A stretch of DNA of 64,000 bases from Minisyncoccota bacterium (GTDB taxonomy: Bacteria > Patescibacteriota > Minisyncoccia > UBA6257), in NCBI GenBank assembly GCA_035385585.1, contig DAOOKJ010000002.1, positions 595 through 64,594 of the forward strand. Direction: 5' to 3'. The translations under genes and the position numbers were made by a program. Below are positions 43,627 to 53,840 of the stretch, in pieces. Position 1 is the stretch's first letter, and every line of letters begins with the position of its first letter. Under the pieces are notes generated by a model, which was given only the letters and a program-made list of their open reading frames with translations, ran no database searches and was not told the origin of the DNA.

Positions 43627-45364
43627 ATATTATCTTTTTATTATTAGACAGTTGAGAATGCACGATATCACGATAGATTTCACAGATTTTCATAAGTTGA
43701 TTATGAGTGCCAATTCCTGCAATAGTACCATCGTCATTCAATACTACAATTTGATCAGCATCCAAAATAGTACTTACTCTTTGGGCTACAATAATGACAG
43801 CCGAATGAGTAGTTTCTTTTTTAAGGGCTAGTCGCAGTTGAGCATCAGTTTTAAAGTCTAAGGCAGAAAAGCTATCATCAAATAAGTATATCTCTGGTTT
43901 TTTGACTAAAGCCCGGGCAACAGCCAGTCTTTGACGTTGTCCTCCTGAAAAGTTAACTCCTCCCTGTTCAACAGGGGCGTATAACTTATCCGGCAGATCC
44001 ATTACAAAATTCTTAGCTTGAGCTATTTCTAAAGCGTGCCAGAGTTCTTCTTCAGTAGCGTTTTCATTTCCGTAGCGTAAATTATCGGCGATTGTGCCGC
44101 TGAAAAGAAAAGCTTTTTGAGGAACTAATCCTATTCGGTTTCTTAAATCTTTCAGAGATATTTGGCGGATATCTATACCATCTATCTTTATGCTTCCATT
44201 AGTCACATCATAAAAACGAGATATTAAAGCTATCAAAGTACTTTTTCCGCAACCAGTGCTTCCGATAATAGCAGTAGTTTTTCCAGGTATTGCTGTAAAT
44301 GTTATATCTTTGAGAACTAATTCTTCTGCATCAGGATAGTTAAAATCTACCTTAGAAAACTCTACTTTTCCTTCTATTCTTGGAGGTAAAGTTACTGATT
44401 TAGAAGGATCTTTAATAGACGGCTCGGTATTAAAAACTTCCAATAATCGCTCAGCTGAAGCTTCTGCTCGAGGCATCATAATAAACATACTCATAGCCAA
44501 AGTAACTGCTATCATAATTTCCATAATGTAAGTTAAAAAAGCAGTTAGATTACCTATTGCCATTGCTCCACTTTCTATTCTGTGACCTCCAAACCAAATA
44601 ATGGCGATGGTAGCCATATTCATAATAATGAGAAGAGAGGGTATGGCCAAAGCAATAATTCGATTTACTCTTAAGGTAGTAGCAGTAAGGTCACGATTTG
44701 CTTTATCAAAACGTCGGGCTTCATAATTATTCTTCACAAAGGCTCTTATAACCCTGACACCCATCAGTTTTTCTCGCATAATTTGGTTCACGCGATCTAT
44801 TTTACTCTGAATGGAACGAAATAGTGGTATAGCCTTTATTAAAATAAGCCATACTACCACCGCCATCAAAGGAGCAATAATAATGATAGAAGAAGACAGC
44901 ACTACGTCCTGCCGCAAAGCCATTATAATTCCGCCCAAGCACATAATAGGGGCTATAACCATAAGATTTAATCCTAAAATTACCAGCATCTGGATTTGGT
45001 GCACATCATTGGTATTGCGGGTGATAAGAGAAGGAGTGCCAAATTTATCAAGGTCAGCTTGCGAGAAACTTTCCACTTTATAAAATACTGCTTGTCTCAT
45101 ATCCCGACCTAAACTCATTGAGATTTTGGAACCTAGATAAGAAGAGGATATAGCGCAAGCCGCTAATATTAGGGTAACTACCAGCATAAAAGCGCCCGTC
45201 CTTATAATATAATTGATATCTCCCTTGGCCATCCCATTGTTAATAATATTAGCGTTAAGATTAGGCAAATAAAGACTGGCCATTACTTGAGCCAATAATA
45301 AAACTACAGCCAAGGCGACCTGTTTTCTATAGGGTTTTAAAAATTTTATTAATAAATCTTTCAT
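43616..45364 (-). CDS. ABC exporter, fused permease-ATPase, probable heterodimer partner
   Basis: GSTGCGKST Walker A, FSGGQRQR signature, YLFDDSFSALD. Confidence 0.85.
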   Translation of the reverse strand: MKDLLIKFLKPYRKQVALAVVLLLAQVMASLYLPNLNANIINNGMAKGDINYIIRTGAFMLVVTLILAACAISSSYLGSKISMSLGRDMRQAVFYKVESFSQADLDKFGTPSLITRNTNDVHQIQMLVILGLNLMVIAPIMCLGGIIMALRQDVVLSSSIIIIAPLMAVVVWLILIKAIPLFRSIQSKIDRVNQIMREKLMGVRVIRAFVKNNYEARRFDKANRDLTATTLRVNRIIALAIPSLLIIMNMATIAIIWFGGHRIESGAMAIGNLTAFLTYIMEIMIAVTLAMSMFIMMPRAEASAERLLEVFNTEPSIKDPSKSVTLPPRIEGKVEFSKVDFNYPDAEELVLKDITFTAIPGKTTAIIGSTGCGKSTLIALISRFYDVTNGSIKIDGIDIRQISLKDLRNRIGLVPQKAFLFSGTIADNLRYGNENATEEELWHALEIAQAKNFVMDLPDKLYAPVEQGGVNFSGGQRQRLAVARALVKKPEIYLFDDSFSALDFKTDAQLRLALKKETTHSAVIIVAQRVSTILDADQIVVLNDDGTIAGIGTHNQLMKICEIYRDIVHSQLSNNKKIIYEC

Positions 45365-45568
45365 TTAAATTACCTCTATTTCTATTTTAATATCATAATT
45401 TCAATATTATACACTGTATTAAATGCTTTTCAAGCGATGAAATATAATTTATCTTAAATTTTTCTTTTATAAAATTGTAATTTGTTTCTTTTTTATTCGT
45501 TATATACCAAATCCCCCGGAATTAGAGAAAAAGGGATGAGATTTACAAAGAATAATCGATCTTCAGAA

Positions 45569-45628
45569 ATTGACTTTTAATTTTATTTATAGTATGATAT
45601 AAATACCAAGTAATAGAGTATTTTTGGT
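45569..45628 (+). promoter_or_regulatory. Second copy of the TTGACT-17-TATGAT promoter-operator module
   Basis: See 40203..40262. Confidence 0.5.
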
Positions 45629-45724
45629 AAATTTTAACTAGTACCTTGAAAAAATGTACCTTCCTAATCGGCAAACTGTTCATTATCTTATTTTTAGTGG
45701 CTAGTTTGCCGATTAGGTAAGGAG

Positions 45725-46204
45725 GTGATTAACATGTTTGACATAGATGGACCAATAGCACTATTTGTATGGGCCCTCGTGATTATAGCTTTTATTAGTG
45801 TTATGCCCTGGTGGGTATGGATTCTCATTATTCTAGGTGGATTGTTATGGTTAATTTTCTCAGTTCTTAAAGATAGTGGTGTAGGGAGCGGTGTAGGTTC
45901 CTCTGAAGAACCAGAGAAGAAAGAACCCAATTATGCTCCTTATTCAGGTCATTATTCAGAGACAAATTACCATATTGATGAAGATGGAACAGTGCACGAC
46001 AATGAAAACTATCAAATTGGTTATATAGATAGAGATGGAACTATTTATAGGTATGGTAGTGATGGACCAGAAAAAATAGGGTATATAGATGATTGTGGAA
46101 ATATAAGAGGCAAAGACGGGACATCTATATCACACGATGATGATGATATCAATGATAAGATTAATGATATTGGTTTGATAATTAAGGGGAAAAAGAGGCA
46201 TTAA
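45725..46204 (+). CDS. Small membrane-anchored protein with three G-Y-I-D-x-D/C-G-x-I repeats and acidic tail
   Basis: Two TM helices then repeats IGYIDRDGTIYRYG / IGYIDDCGNIRGKDG. Confidence 0.5.
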   Translation: MINMFDIDGPIALFVWALVIIAFISVMPWWVWILIILGGLLWLIFSVLKDSGVGSGVGSSEEPEKKEPNYAPYSGHYSETNYHIDEDGTVHDNENYQIGYIDRDGTIYRYGSDGPEKIGYIDDCGNIRGKDGTSISHDDDDINDKINDIGLIIKGKKRH

Positions 46205-46215
46205 AGGTTTGTTTT

Positions 46216-46252
46216 TCAAAGCCGATCTAAAATATAAAGATCGGCTTTTTTA
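46216..46252 (+). terminator. Rho-independent terminator
   Basis: aaagccgatc...gatcggcttttttt. Confidence 0.6.
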
Positions 46253-46364
46253 ATGGTCCCATAATTCTAATACGCTTTAATATGCAGAGTTGGGCAAATC
46301 ACTGCTCGAATGACTTCGGATAACCTTTGTTTGACATTTCCTCCTAGAATAGTAAAATAGAGGC

Positions 46365-47297
46365 ATGAAAATAAAAAAATATTTTGTTTTGGTTTTAATG
46401 GCAATAATTATTCTTTGCGGAATAGGTATTTGGTTAAACTATAATAAAAGTCAGGGGGATTTGATTCCATTCAATCAGCCTCCTCCAGAAGAAAATCTTA
46501 TTGCTCAAGTGACTTTTCTTTGTAAAGATAATAAAACAATCGAAGCCAGCTTTTATGAAGGAGAAGTAAAGCCGGTAGAACCCGGCGAGCCACCAATTCC
46601 TCAGGGAAAAGTGAAGCTTGTTTTAAGTGATGGCCGGAGTTTTGAATTGCCTCAAACTATTTCTGCCAGTGGCGCTCGCTATGCTAATAGTAATGAGTCG
46701 TTTGTTTTTTGGAATAAAGGCAATGGCGCTTTGGTTTTAGAAAATAATGAAGAAAAAAATTATATCGGTTGTGTAATTTTGGCTAAAGATTCAGGAGATT
46801 TACCAAACACTTATTTAGATGCTGTGGTAGGTTTTACCATTCGTTATCCAGTTGATTATAAAATAGATACTTCGTATAAGTATCAGGCTTTAGGTCCTGG
46901 TAAAGAAATTGGTGGTGTAAAATTTACTATTCCCGAGAGTTTTGTTACAGGTACTAATTTATCAAATTTTGATACTGGAATTTCAGTTGAAATTATTCCT
47001 GCGACTGAAAATTGCCAAGCCAGCCTTTTTCTACCTGTTACTGATAGTACTGAAGTTAAAAATCTTGTTGATAATAATATTGAATATTCTTTCGCAAAAA
47101 TTACCGAAGGCGCTGCTGGCAATTATTATGAAGAACAAGTTTGGGCGCTTAAAGAAACTAATCCCTGCATTGCTCTTCGCTATCTAATCCATTCAACCAA
47201 TATTAATAATTATCCTGAAGGGATGGTTAAAGAATTTAACCGCGCCAATCTCCTAAATACTTTTGATAAAATTCGTTCTTCTTTGGTTACCTTATAA
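46365..47297 (+). CDS. MliC-domain (C-type lysozyme inhibitor-like) protein with extra C-terminal domain
   Basis: Signal/TM; ...C...SASGARYANSNESFVFWNKGNGALVL...C matches the MliC core; promoter TTGACA-16-TAAAAT at 46331..46358. Confidence 0.5.
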   Translation: MKIKKYFVLVLMAIIILCGIGIWLNYNKSQGDLIPFNQPPPEENLIAQVTFLCKDNKTIEASFYEGEVKPVEPGEPPIPQGKVKLVLSDGRSFELPQTISASGARYANSNESFVFWNKGNGALVLENNEEKNYIGCVILAKDSGDLPNTYLDAVVGFTIRYPVDYKIDTSYKYQALGPGKEIGGVKFTIPESFVTGTNLSNFDTGISVEIIPATENCQASLFLPVTDSTEVKNLVDNNIEYSFAKITEGAAGNYYEEQVWALKETNPCIALRYLIHSTNINNYPEGMVKEFNRANLLNTFDKIRSSLVTL

Positions 47298-47345
47298 GAT
47301 ATCTTACATTATTTTAAAAATAAAACAATAAATTAAAATAATTTT

Positions 47346-47552
47346 ATGAAATCAAAAAAGAATCTATTAATTGTGATAGGAGTAATTATAGTAGTCGTCG
47401 CTTTATTTTTCGTTTTTAAAGGGAATAACTTCTCAAAAATAAGCCCCTTAAATGAAAATGCTTTAAATAAGACACTCTCAAAACCATCATTGCTTCATCC
47501 TCCTGGAAAAATTTTTTGTGGAGGCATTGTCAAGGTCAATAGTTGGCACTGA
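47346..47552 (+). CDS. Small membrane protein, possibly the 5' part of a frameshifted gene continuing in ORF 47518..47736
   Basis: N-terminal TM; overlapping out-of-frame ORF downstream. Confidence 0.3.
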   Translation: MKSKKNLLIVIGVIIVVVALFFVFKGNNFSKISPLNENALNKTLSKPSLLHPPGKIFCGGIVKVNSWH

Positions 47553-47741
47553 AAATGGAGACAATAAAGGGATACCAACCGAAGAAGGCGGCAAATTTAT
47601 GAATTTTCTTCAGCAATACGGAATCAATTTTAAAGAACTGGAAGAATATTCCGATGCCTTATCTTTAGACCCAGTAAGAAGTCAGGAAGTGAGCACGAAG
47701 TTATCTAATCGACTTACAAAGTTAGGGGAAAAATAATAATC

Positions 47742-48917
47742 TTAAACTCTCTTTTGAGTGGTTTCCAAGATTTTCGCGCAAACAAGGCCAATAATAGAAA
47801 AAATAATAGCAACGGTAATTAAATAATTATCGCTTTTAATTGCGCTTAAAAGAAAACTTGGAATCGTACCGCCTAAAGTAGAAATAATACTTGAGGCAGC
47901 GCCGGCTTTTTGAACCTGCTCTTCAAAAAGGTCTAATGATAAAGCGGCTCCATTGCTTTCTTTAATCGCATAGTCAACCCCAAAAGCACATAAGGTAATT
48001 GCCAATACCCAAATGTTTTTGCTTAAGAGAAAACACACCCCTCCAACAATTCCTATCAAGATTTCCAGATAAAGCATTTTAAAACGACCTATTTTGTCAG
48101 AAATTGCTCCCATAGGGTGAGTTAATAATACTCTCGTAATTTGAAAGACTATAAGAAGAAGGCCAATGTAAGAAGCGCCATAAAGGTTCTGAATAGTAAG
48201 AGGAATTTTTGCAGTAATTAATCCAAAAATCCAACCAGTGGCAATAGAACTGGGAAAAAGCAAAAGGATTCTTCTATCAAAAACAAATTTTAGAATTTCT
48301 TTCAACTGACCAATAAAACTTCTTGAATAACTCTCTTGAAATTTTGATTTTGGCTCTCTTAAAAAGATTAGAAGAATGAGAAAACCTAGAAAAGCGATAA
48401 TTGTAAGAATGAAATAAAAATTTATAAAAGACCCCCGAGCCAAATAGAGCGAACCAAAAACCAAACTCAAAGTTGCCCCAATTCTTACTCCGGCGCGATA
48501 AAAACCATTAAAACTTCCTCGTTTTTCTTTAGGACTAACTGCTCCAATATATGCCACTTCAACATTACCTTTTAATCCTGCCCCTAATCCCAAACAAATA
48601 GCCGCCGTATATAAAAAAAGAACATTTCTCGTAATAATAGCCAATATAAAAAGAGGGTAAGAGAAAAAACCCAAAACTAATGATTTTTTTAAGCCAATTT
48701 TAGAACTTATAAACGGCGCCGCAATATTTCCCAAAAATACTACCCCATATAAAAGCGAGAGGGCTTTTAGGGCGAAAGTTAATTGACCAGTGGTTTTATA
48801 AAAGGCGGTAAAATAATGTTCTGAGGCTTGCCAGCCAAAAAATAAAATTCCTCCTGCCAGAGTTAAAATTATAATATCTGCATATTGATTAAGAGAAAAT
48901 CGTCGTTTGTTTTCCAT
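47742..48917 (-). CDS. MFS transporter
   Basis: About 12 TM segments, 391 aa. Confidence 0.7.
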   Translation of the reverse strand: MENKRRFSLNQYADIIILTLAGGILFFGWQASEHYFTAFYKTTGQLTFALKALSLLYGVVFLGNIAAPFISSKIGLKKSLVLGFFSYPLFILAIITRNVLFLYTAAICLGLGAGLKGNVEVAYIGAVSPKEKRGSFNGFYRAGVRIGATLSLVFGSLYLARGSFINFYFILTIIAFLGFLILLIFLREPKSKFQESYSRSFIGQLKEILKFVFDRRILLLFPSSIATGWIFGLITAKIPLTIQNLYGASYIGLLLIVFQITRVLLTHPMGAISDKIGRFKMLYLEILIGIVGGVCFLLSKNIWVLAITLCAFGVDYAIKESNGAALSLDLFEEQVQKAGAASSIISTLGGTIPSFLLSAIKSDNYLITVAIIFSIIGLVCAKILETTQKRV

Positions 48918-48930
48918 CTTATTTATAAAT

Positions 48931-49812
48931 TTACCAGTCGAAAATTGAAATTAGATATTCGTCAATTTCGCGTTGGTCTAAATCGTAAAAATTTTTATTT
49001 TCTTGATGAAGTTTGGTGGCTAATCTAATACCGACAAATCGCCAATGCCAAGGTTCAAAAATATAATATTTGTTATTTTCTGGATAAGATAAAATAAAAC
49101 CGTATTTATAAGCATTTTCTAAAAGCCATTTATAGGTTTTTGTTTTATGAAATAAAGAAGAATTTCCATTGAATTCACTGGTAGTAAAATCAATAGTTGT
49201 TCCTAATTGGTGTTCTGAATATCCTTGGTCAGCAACAAATTTATTTGCTCCAGAGCCATAAGAAAAAGAAGAACTGGATTTAATATTTGCTTGTTCAAAA
49301 AAAGACCGATATCCCCATTTAACCTTTAAATCAATTTGGTTCTTTTTTGCTTCTTCTAAAAGAGTGTATAAAAACGGCAAAACATTACCGTGGATATATT
49401 GTTCCTTTGAATTGTTTACATATTGGGAGTCAATCGGGAGCAGGGTTTTTGGCACATAGTTCTCGTTTAAAAAATAAACTTTGGAATATTTTTTTAGCAG
49501 TTCTTCGTCTAAACTTCTTAATTTTACAATCGTATTGACATTTTGCTTTAAATCTTCAAGAGTGGAAGAAACATTATCAATTTGCGCTTCTTGATTTATT
49601 AACTGCTCTTGAAGCGCTAAATTCTCTTCGTTTTTTCTTTCCACTATACTCTCATAAACTTCATTTACTCTCTGATAAACTGTAAGGGCACCTTTAACTT
49701 GCCTGAATTCGTTTAAGAAAATATAGAATTTTAGAGAGAAATAAGAAAGGGCGCCAAACCCAACCAAAATAATAACTAAAACAACTGCTGTTTTGAAAAA
49801 CGATTTTTTCAT
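48931..49812 (-). CDS. VanY/M15B-family D-alanyl-D-alanine carboxypeptidase, membrane-anchored with coiled-coil stalk
   Basis: SEHQLGTTIDF and EPWHWRF zinc-peptidase motifs. Confidence 0.7.
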   Translation of the reverse strand: MKKSFFKTAVVLVIILVGFGALSYFSLKFYIFLNEFRQVKGALTVYQRVNEVYESIVERKNEENLALQEQLINQEAQIDNVSSTLEDLKQNVNTIVKLRSLDEELLKKYSKVYFLNENYVPKTLLPIDSQYVNNSKEQYIHGNVLPFLYTLLEEAKKNQIDLKVKWGYRSFFEQANIKSSSSFSYGSGANKFVADQGYSEHQLGTTIDFTTSEFNGNSSLFHKTKTYKWLLENAYKYGFILSYPENNKYYIFEPWHWRFVGIRLATKLHQENKNFYDLDQREIDEYLISIFDW

Positions 49813-49902
49813 TTATTTTACCCCTTTATTGTATCAACTTTTGAGATATAAAGCAAAAATCATTTGTTTTAAGGCGCAAAATGCGATAAAATATTAAGAA
49901 TT

Positions 49903-50670
49903 ATGGAAAAAACAGAAAAAGAACTGGTTTTAAATGGCCTTTTAGTCCAATCTTATTTCAAAAAATCTTTAGAAAAATCTAAAGGAAATATTTTACTTCT
50001 CCACGGCTGGGGAGTTTCTGCCTCTATTTTTAATTCTCTGGCAGAATTTTTAACTAAGGAAAATTTTGATGTTTATTTAATTGATTTTCCCGGTTTTGGC
50101 AAATCGCCAGCGCCAAAAATGCCTTTAGTGTTGGAAAACTATTCGTTGTTGGCAAAAGAATTTATTGAAAAAGAAATCCAAGAAGAAACTATTGTTTTGG
50201 CTCATTCGTTCGGCGGGAGGGTGGCTATTAAATTAACCAGCAATTTCTCGCAATTGGTGAAAAAACTTGTTTTAATAGATAGCGCTGGTTTTGTAAAAAA
50301 AGGTTTGAAAAATACTTTAATTAAAATCTTTGCCCAAATTTTTAAGCCAATTTTTAAACTTCCGGCCTTTTCTTCGTTAAAGATTAAAATTTATAAAAAA
50401 ATCGGCACTGAGGATTATCTTTCAAATCTTGAATTGAAAAAAACTTACGCCAATATCGTAAAGGAAGATTTAACAGAAGAATTAAAAAAAATATCGGTTG
50501 AAACAATTATTATTTGGGGAAAAGATGATAAAACCACTCCTTTGAGTTGGGGAAAGAAAATGCACAAATTAATCAAAAATTCCAAATTTTACGAAATAAA
50601 AGGCGACCATTTTTGCTTTTTGGACAATCCTTCTGAATTTAACTTCATTCTAAAGAATATTCTTAGTTAA
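49903..50670 (+). CDS. Alpha/beta-fold hydrolase
   Basis: HGWG oxyanion region, AHSFGG nucleophile elbow. Confidence 0.65.
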   Translation: MEKTEKELVLNGLLVQSYFKKSLEKSKGNILLLHGWGVSASIFNSLAEFLTKENFDVYLIDFPGFGKSPAPKMPLVLENYSLLAKEFIEKEIQEETIVLAHSFGGRVAIKLTSNFSQLVKKLVLIDSAGFVKKGLKNTLIKIFAQIFKPIFKLPAFSSLKIKIYKKIGTEDYLSNLELKKTYANIVKEDLTEELKKISVETIIIWGKDDKTTPLSWGKKMHKLIKNSKFYEIKGDHFCFLDNPSEFNFILKNILS

Positions 50671-50715
50671 AAAGTTATTTAATCTGCTTTAAAACTTATT
50701 CGCTCGAACTGGCAT

Positions 50716-50746
50716 TAGGGGTTTGCTGAAGCAGTATTGAAGCAGA
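50716..50746. repeat. Partial REP-like copy (ggtttgctgaagcagtattgaagcagac) 3' of the hydrolase gene
   Basis: Matches ggtttgcttcagcagtattggggcagagag at 8291..8320. Confidence 0.45.
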
Positions 50747-52191
50747 CAAAAAACAACAATTTTAAAATGAAAAAATTTGTAAAAATTCTATTTTTTTACC
50801 CTTTATACTTCCTTCAATTGGAAAACTACCAATTGAAAAGGTTTTATCAGGTTTATTTTAAAAAGGCTTCTACTTTAGAAAAACCACGGCAAAAACTCGT
50901 TTTAACTTTAAAAATCAAAGTTCTTATTTTGGTTTCGGCAATAATAATTCTTTTGGCTGGCGTATTGTTCGCTTACAAGTTTTCTGTCTGTTGGGGAATT
51001 GCTGCAAGTTTTATTCTTGTTTTATGTTTTCCATTTATTCTTGGTTTAAGCGTCATAATTCTTCTTCCGTTGGATATTTTAATCAAAAAACTAAATATTT
51101 TTCAGGCTCAACAAAAAATTAAAAGATTAAAAAATCTAAAAATAGTTGGAATTACCGGCAGTTATGGAAAAACTTCATTTAAGGAAATTTCAGCCGCTAT
51201 CTTGGGAACAAAATATAAAGTAGTTTATACTCCAGAAAACAAAAATACTCCGTTGGGAGTTAGCCAAGTCATTTTAAAAAATTTAAAGCCGGAAACGGAA
51301 ATTTTTGTGGCAGAAATGAGCGCCTGGCAAAAGGGAGATATTAAAATCCTCTCTCGAATAGCGCCACCGGGAATCGCGGTTTTAACAGGGATAAACGAGA
51401 GCCATTTAGAAAGGTTTAAAACCATTGAAAATACTATCAACACTAAATTTGAAATTGTTAAATATTCAAAGGAAAACGCTTTAGTTGTCTTAAATGCAGA
51501 CAACGATTATATTATAAAAAACTACAAAAAATATGTCGGCAATAAAAAGGTAATTTTCTTTGGCAAAGAAAACGAAGAATTTTTAAATTATAAAATTAAA
51601 GAAATAATTTTTAACGAAAACACCTTAAAACAAACTTTTATCTTGGAATTAGAAGGCAAAACTTATCAATTTGAAATTCCTTTTTTGGGTGAATATGCGG
51701 TAGCGATGACTATTGGCGCAATTTTAATCGCTAAATATCTCAATTTAAATGAAACAGAAATAAAAATAGGCTTGAGCTTGTTAAAACCAATAGAACACCG
51801 GCTTCAGCCAATCCTTCGTGACGATATTTTAATCATTGATGACAGTTATAATGGCAATCCTAATGGCGCCAGAGAGGCGATTAAGGTTTTGTCTCGTTTT
51901 AAAAAGAGAAGAAAAATTTATGTTACGCCGGGGCTGGTAGAAATTGGGAAGCGGAGTTACGAAATTCACAAAGAAATTGGAAAACTATTGGCTCCAGTAG
52001 CGGATTTGGTAATTTTAATAAAAAACAGCGTCACGGATTTCATTGTTGCAGGTCTTAAAGAAAGCGGCTTTAATTCAGAACAAATCATAATTTATAATAC
52101 TCCCTTTGAATTGGAAGAAAACATTAAAAAAATAATTAGAGCCAATGATGTAGTTTTATTTCAAAACGATTGGCCGGACAACTACCTGTAA
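50737..52191 (+). CDS. murF: UDP-MurNAc-tripeptide--D-Ala-D-Ala ligase MurF with unusual ~110-aa N-terminal region containing two predicted TM helices
   Basis: GITGSYGKTS Mur-ligase P-loop; adjacent to ddl. Confidence 0.7.
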   Translation: MKQTKNNNFKMKKFVKILFFYPLYFLQLENYQLKRFYQVYFKKASTLEKPRQKLVLTLKIKVLILVSAIIILLAGVLFAYKFSVCWGIAASFILVLCFPFILGLSVIILLPLDILIKKLNIFQAQQKIKRLKNLKIVGITGSYGKTSFKEISAAILGTKYKVVYTPENKNTPLGVSQVILKNLKPETEIFVAEMSAWQKGDIKILSRIAPPGIAVLTGINESHLERFKTIENTINTKFEIVKYSKENALVVLNADNDYIIKNYKKYVGNKKVIFFGKENEEFLNYKIKEIIFNENTLKQTFILELEGKTYQFEIPFLGEYAVAMTIGAILIAKYLNLNETEIKIGLSLLKPIEHRLQPILRDDILIIDDSYNGNPNGAREAIKVLSRFKKRRKIYVTPGLVEIGKRSYEIHKEIGKLLAPVADLVILIKNSVTDFIVAGLKESGFNSEQIIIYNTPFELEENIKKIIRANDVVLFQNDWPDNYL

Positions 52192-52246
52192 AATTAACTG
52201 CCAATAACATTTTCTTTTTAAGATTTGTTCTGCTAAAATAATAATT

Positions 52247-53422
52247 ATGAAAAGCGCTAAACCAACAATTGGAGTATTTTTTGGCAGCCGAAGCCCAGAA
52301 CACGATATTTCTATTATTACGGCTGAGTTAATTATCAGCGGATTAAAAGGGTTAGAATATCCAGTTATTCCTGTATATTTTGCCAAAGACGGCACTTGGT
52401 ATATTAATGAAAAATTATCTAATTTGTCTTTTTTTCAGACTGATATTTGGGATTTTAAAAATTGGCATCGTTATTATTTAGATTTAGAAAATTCTAAAGA
52501 AAAAATCGTTTTAAAGCAAAAGGGGATTTTTGGGAAAAAAATAACGATTGAAGTTTCTTTTCCGGCTTTTCACGGCCAATATGGGGAAGACGGCACAATT
52601 CAAGGTTTATGGGAAATTTTTAATATTCCTTATATTGGCTGCAGTGTTTCAAGTTCTGCTTTGGCGAAAGACAAAGTTTTTACAAAATTAATTTACAAAG
52701 CAAAACAGATTCCAACAACAGATTTTATCTATTTTTATAACTTTGAGTGGGATATTCATAAAGAAAAAATCTTAAAAGAAATCCAGGAAAAACTTCATTA
52801 TCCTCTGTTTGTAAAACCATCAAGGCTCGGTTCGTCTATTGGAATAAAAAAGGTAAAAAATCGCAACGAGTTGGAAGAGGCGATTGAAGTTGCCCTTCAC
52901 TACGATGAAAAAATTATAGTTGAAAATGGAATTGAAAATGTTAGAGATTTAACTTGCGCAGTTTTGGGAAATTCTAAAGACCTGTTTGTTTCTTTGGTTC
53001 AAGAATCGCTTTATGAGACTGATTTTTTTACCTTTGAAGACAAATATTTAAAAGCCGGAGGCGCTCAAACAGGAAAAGCCCAACAAAAAATAGTTATTCC
53101 GGCAGAAATTCCTAATAATCTGACTGAAGAGATTCAAAAATTAGCAAAAGAAATTTTTGTGATGTTTGGCTGCAGCGGAATCTCAAGAATTGACTTTCTA
53201 TACGATGAAAAAGAAAATAAACTCTACACCAATGAAATCAATCCTTTGCCAGGCACACTCTACCATCATTTATTCAAGAAGAGCGGTATTGAACTTCCTC
53301 AATTATTGCAAAAACTAATTGATTCAGCGTTTGAAAGACATAGAGAAAAACAGCAATTAATCACTACTTTCAATTCTTCAGTTTTAAAGCAAAGCAATAT
53401 CTCAAATAAATTCAAAATTTAA
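52247..53422 (+). CDS. ddl: D-alanine--D-alanine ligase
   Basis: IGVFFGSRSPEHDIS N-terminus, ATP-grasp core. Confidence 0.85.
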   Translation: MKSAKPTIGVFFGSRSPEHDISIITAELIISGLKGLEYPVIPVYFAKDGTWYINEKLSNLSFFQTDIWDFKNWHRYYLDLENSKEKIVLKQKGIFGKKITIEVSFPAFHGQYGEDGTIQGLWEIFNIPYIGCSVSSSALAKDKVFTKLIYKAKQIPTTDFIYFYNFEWDIHKEKILKEIQEKLHYPLFVKPSRLGSSIGIKKVKNRNELEEAIEVALHYDEKIIVENGIENVRDLTCAVLGNSKDLFVSLVQESLYETDFFTFEDKYLKAGGAQTGKAQQKIVIPAEIPNNLTEEIQKLAKEIFVMFGCSGISRIDFLYDEKENKLYTNEINPLPGTLYHHLFKKSGIELPQLLQKLIDSAFERHREKQQLITTFNSSVLKQSNISNKFKI

Positions 53423-53435
53423 GGTCGATTCACTC

Positions 53436-53480
53436 ACCCAAATCCCGCTTTTTTTTGAAAAAAGAGCAGGATTTAGGCGA
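53436..53480. repeat. Palindromic element copy 3 (directly after the ddl stop)
   Basis: acccaaatcccgcttttttttgaaaaaagagcaggatttagg. Confidence 0.55.
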
Positions 53481-53515
53481 ACAAGTAAAATTAAATTAAC
53501 TTCTAATTAACTTCT

Positions 53516-53794
53516 ATGGTGAATTTTGTCATTAAAAAAGATGGTTCGCAAGAACCATTTGACCAAGAAAAAATAAAAAGGGCAGTCATTGGCGCTTGCA
53601 AAGAAGCAGGATTGAATGAAACAAAACAGGCAGAATTGGCCCAAAGCATTAGCCAAAAAATAATGGAAATATTTAACGGTCAAGAAGTAGTAAAATCTAT
53701 TGAACTGCGGGATAAAATTTTAGGTGAATTAGAAATAATGGCACCCGAAGCAACCGCTGCTTGGTACAACTACGAAGCGAATAAAGCAAAATAG
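53516..53794 (+). CDS. Stand-alone ATP-cone domain protein
   Basis: VIKKDGSQEPFDQEKIKRAV matches the ATP-cone N-terminal motif. Confidence 0.55.
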   Translation: MVNFVIKKDGSQEPFDQEKIKRAVIGACKEAGLNETKQAELAQSISQKIMEIFNGQEVVKSIELRDKILGELEIMAPEATAAWYNYEANKAK

Positions 53795-53808
53795 GAGGCG
53801 AAAATAAA

Positions 53809-53840
53809 AAGGGGCAAATTATTGCCCCTTAGATTTTTTA
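53809..53840. terminator. Bidirectional hairpin terminator (aaggggcaa/ttgcccctt)
   Basis: Perfect 9-bp stem between convergent genes. Confidence 0.6.
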
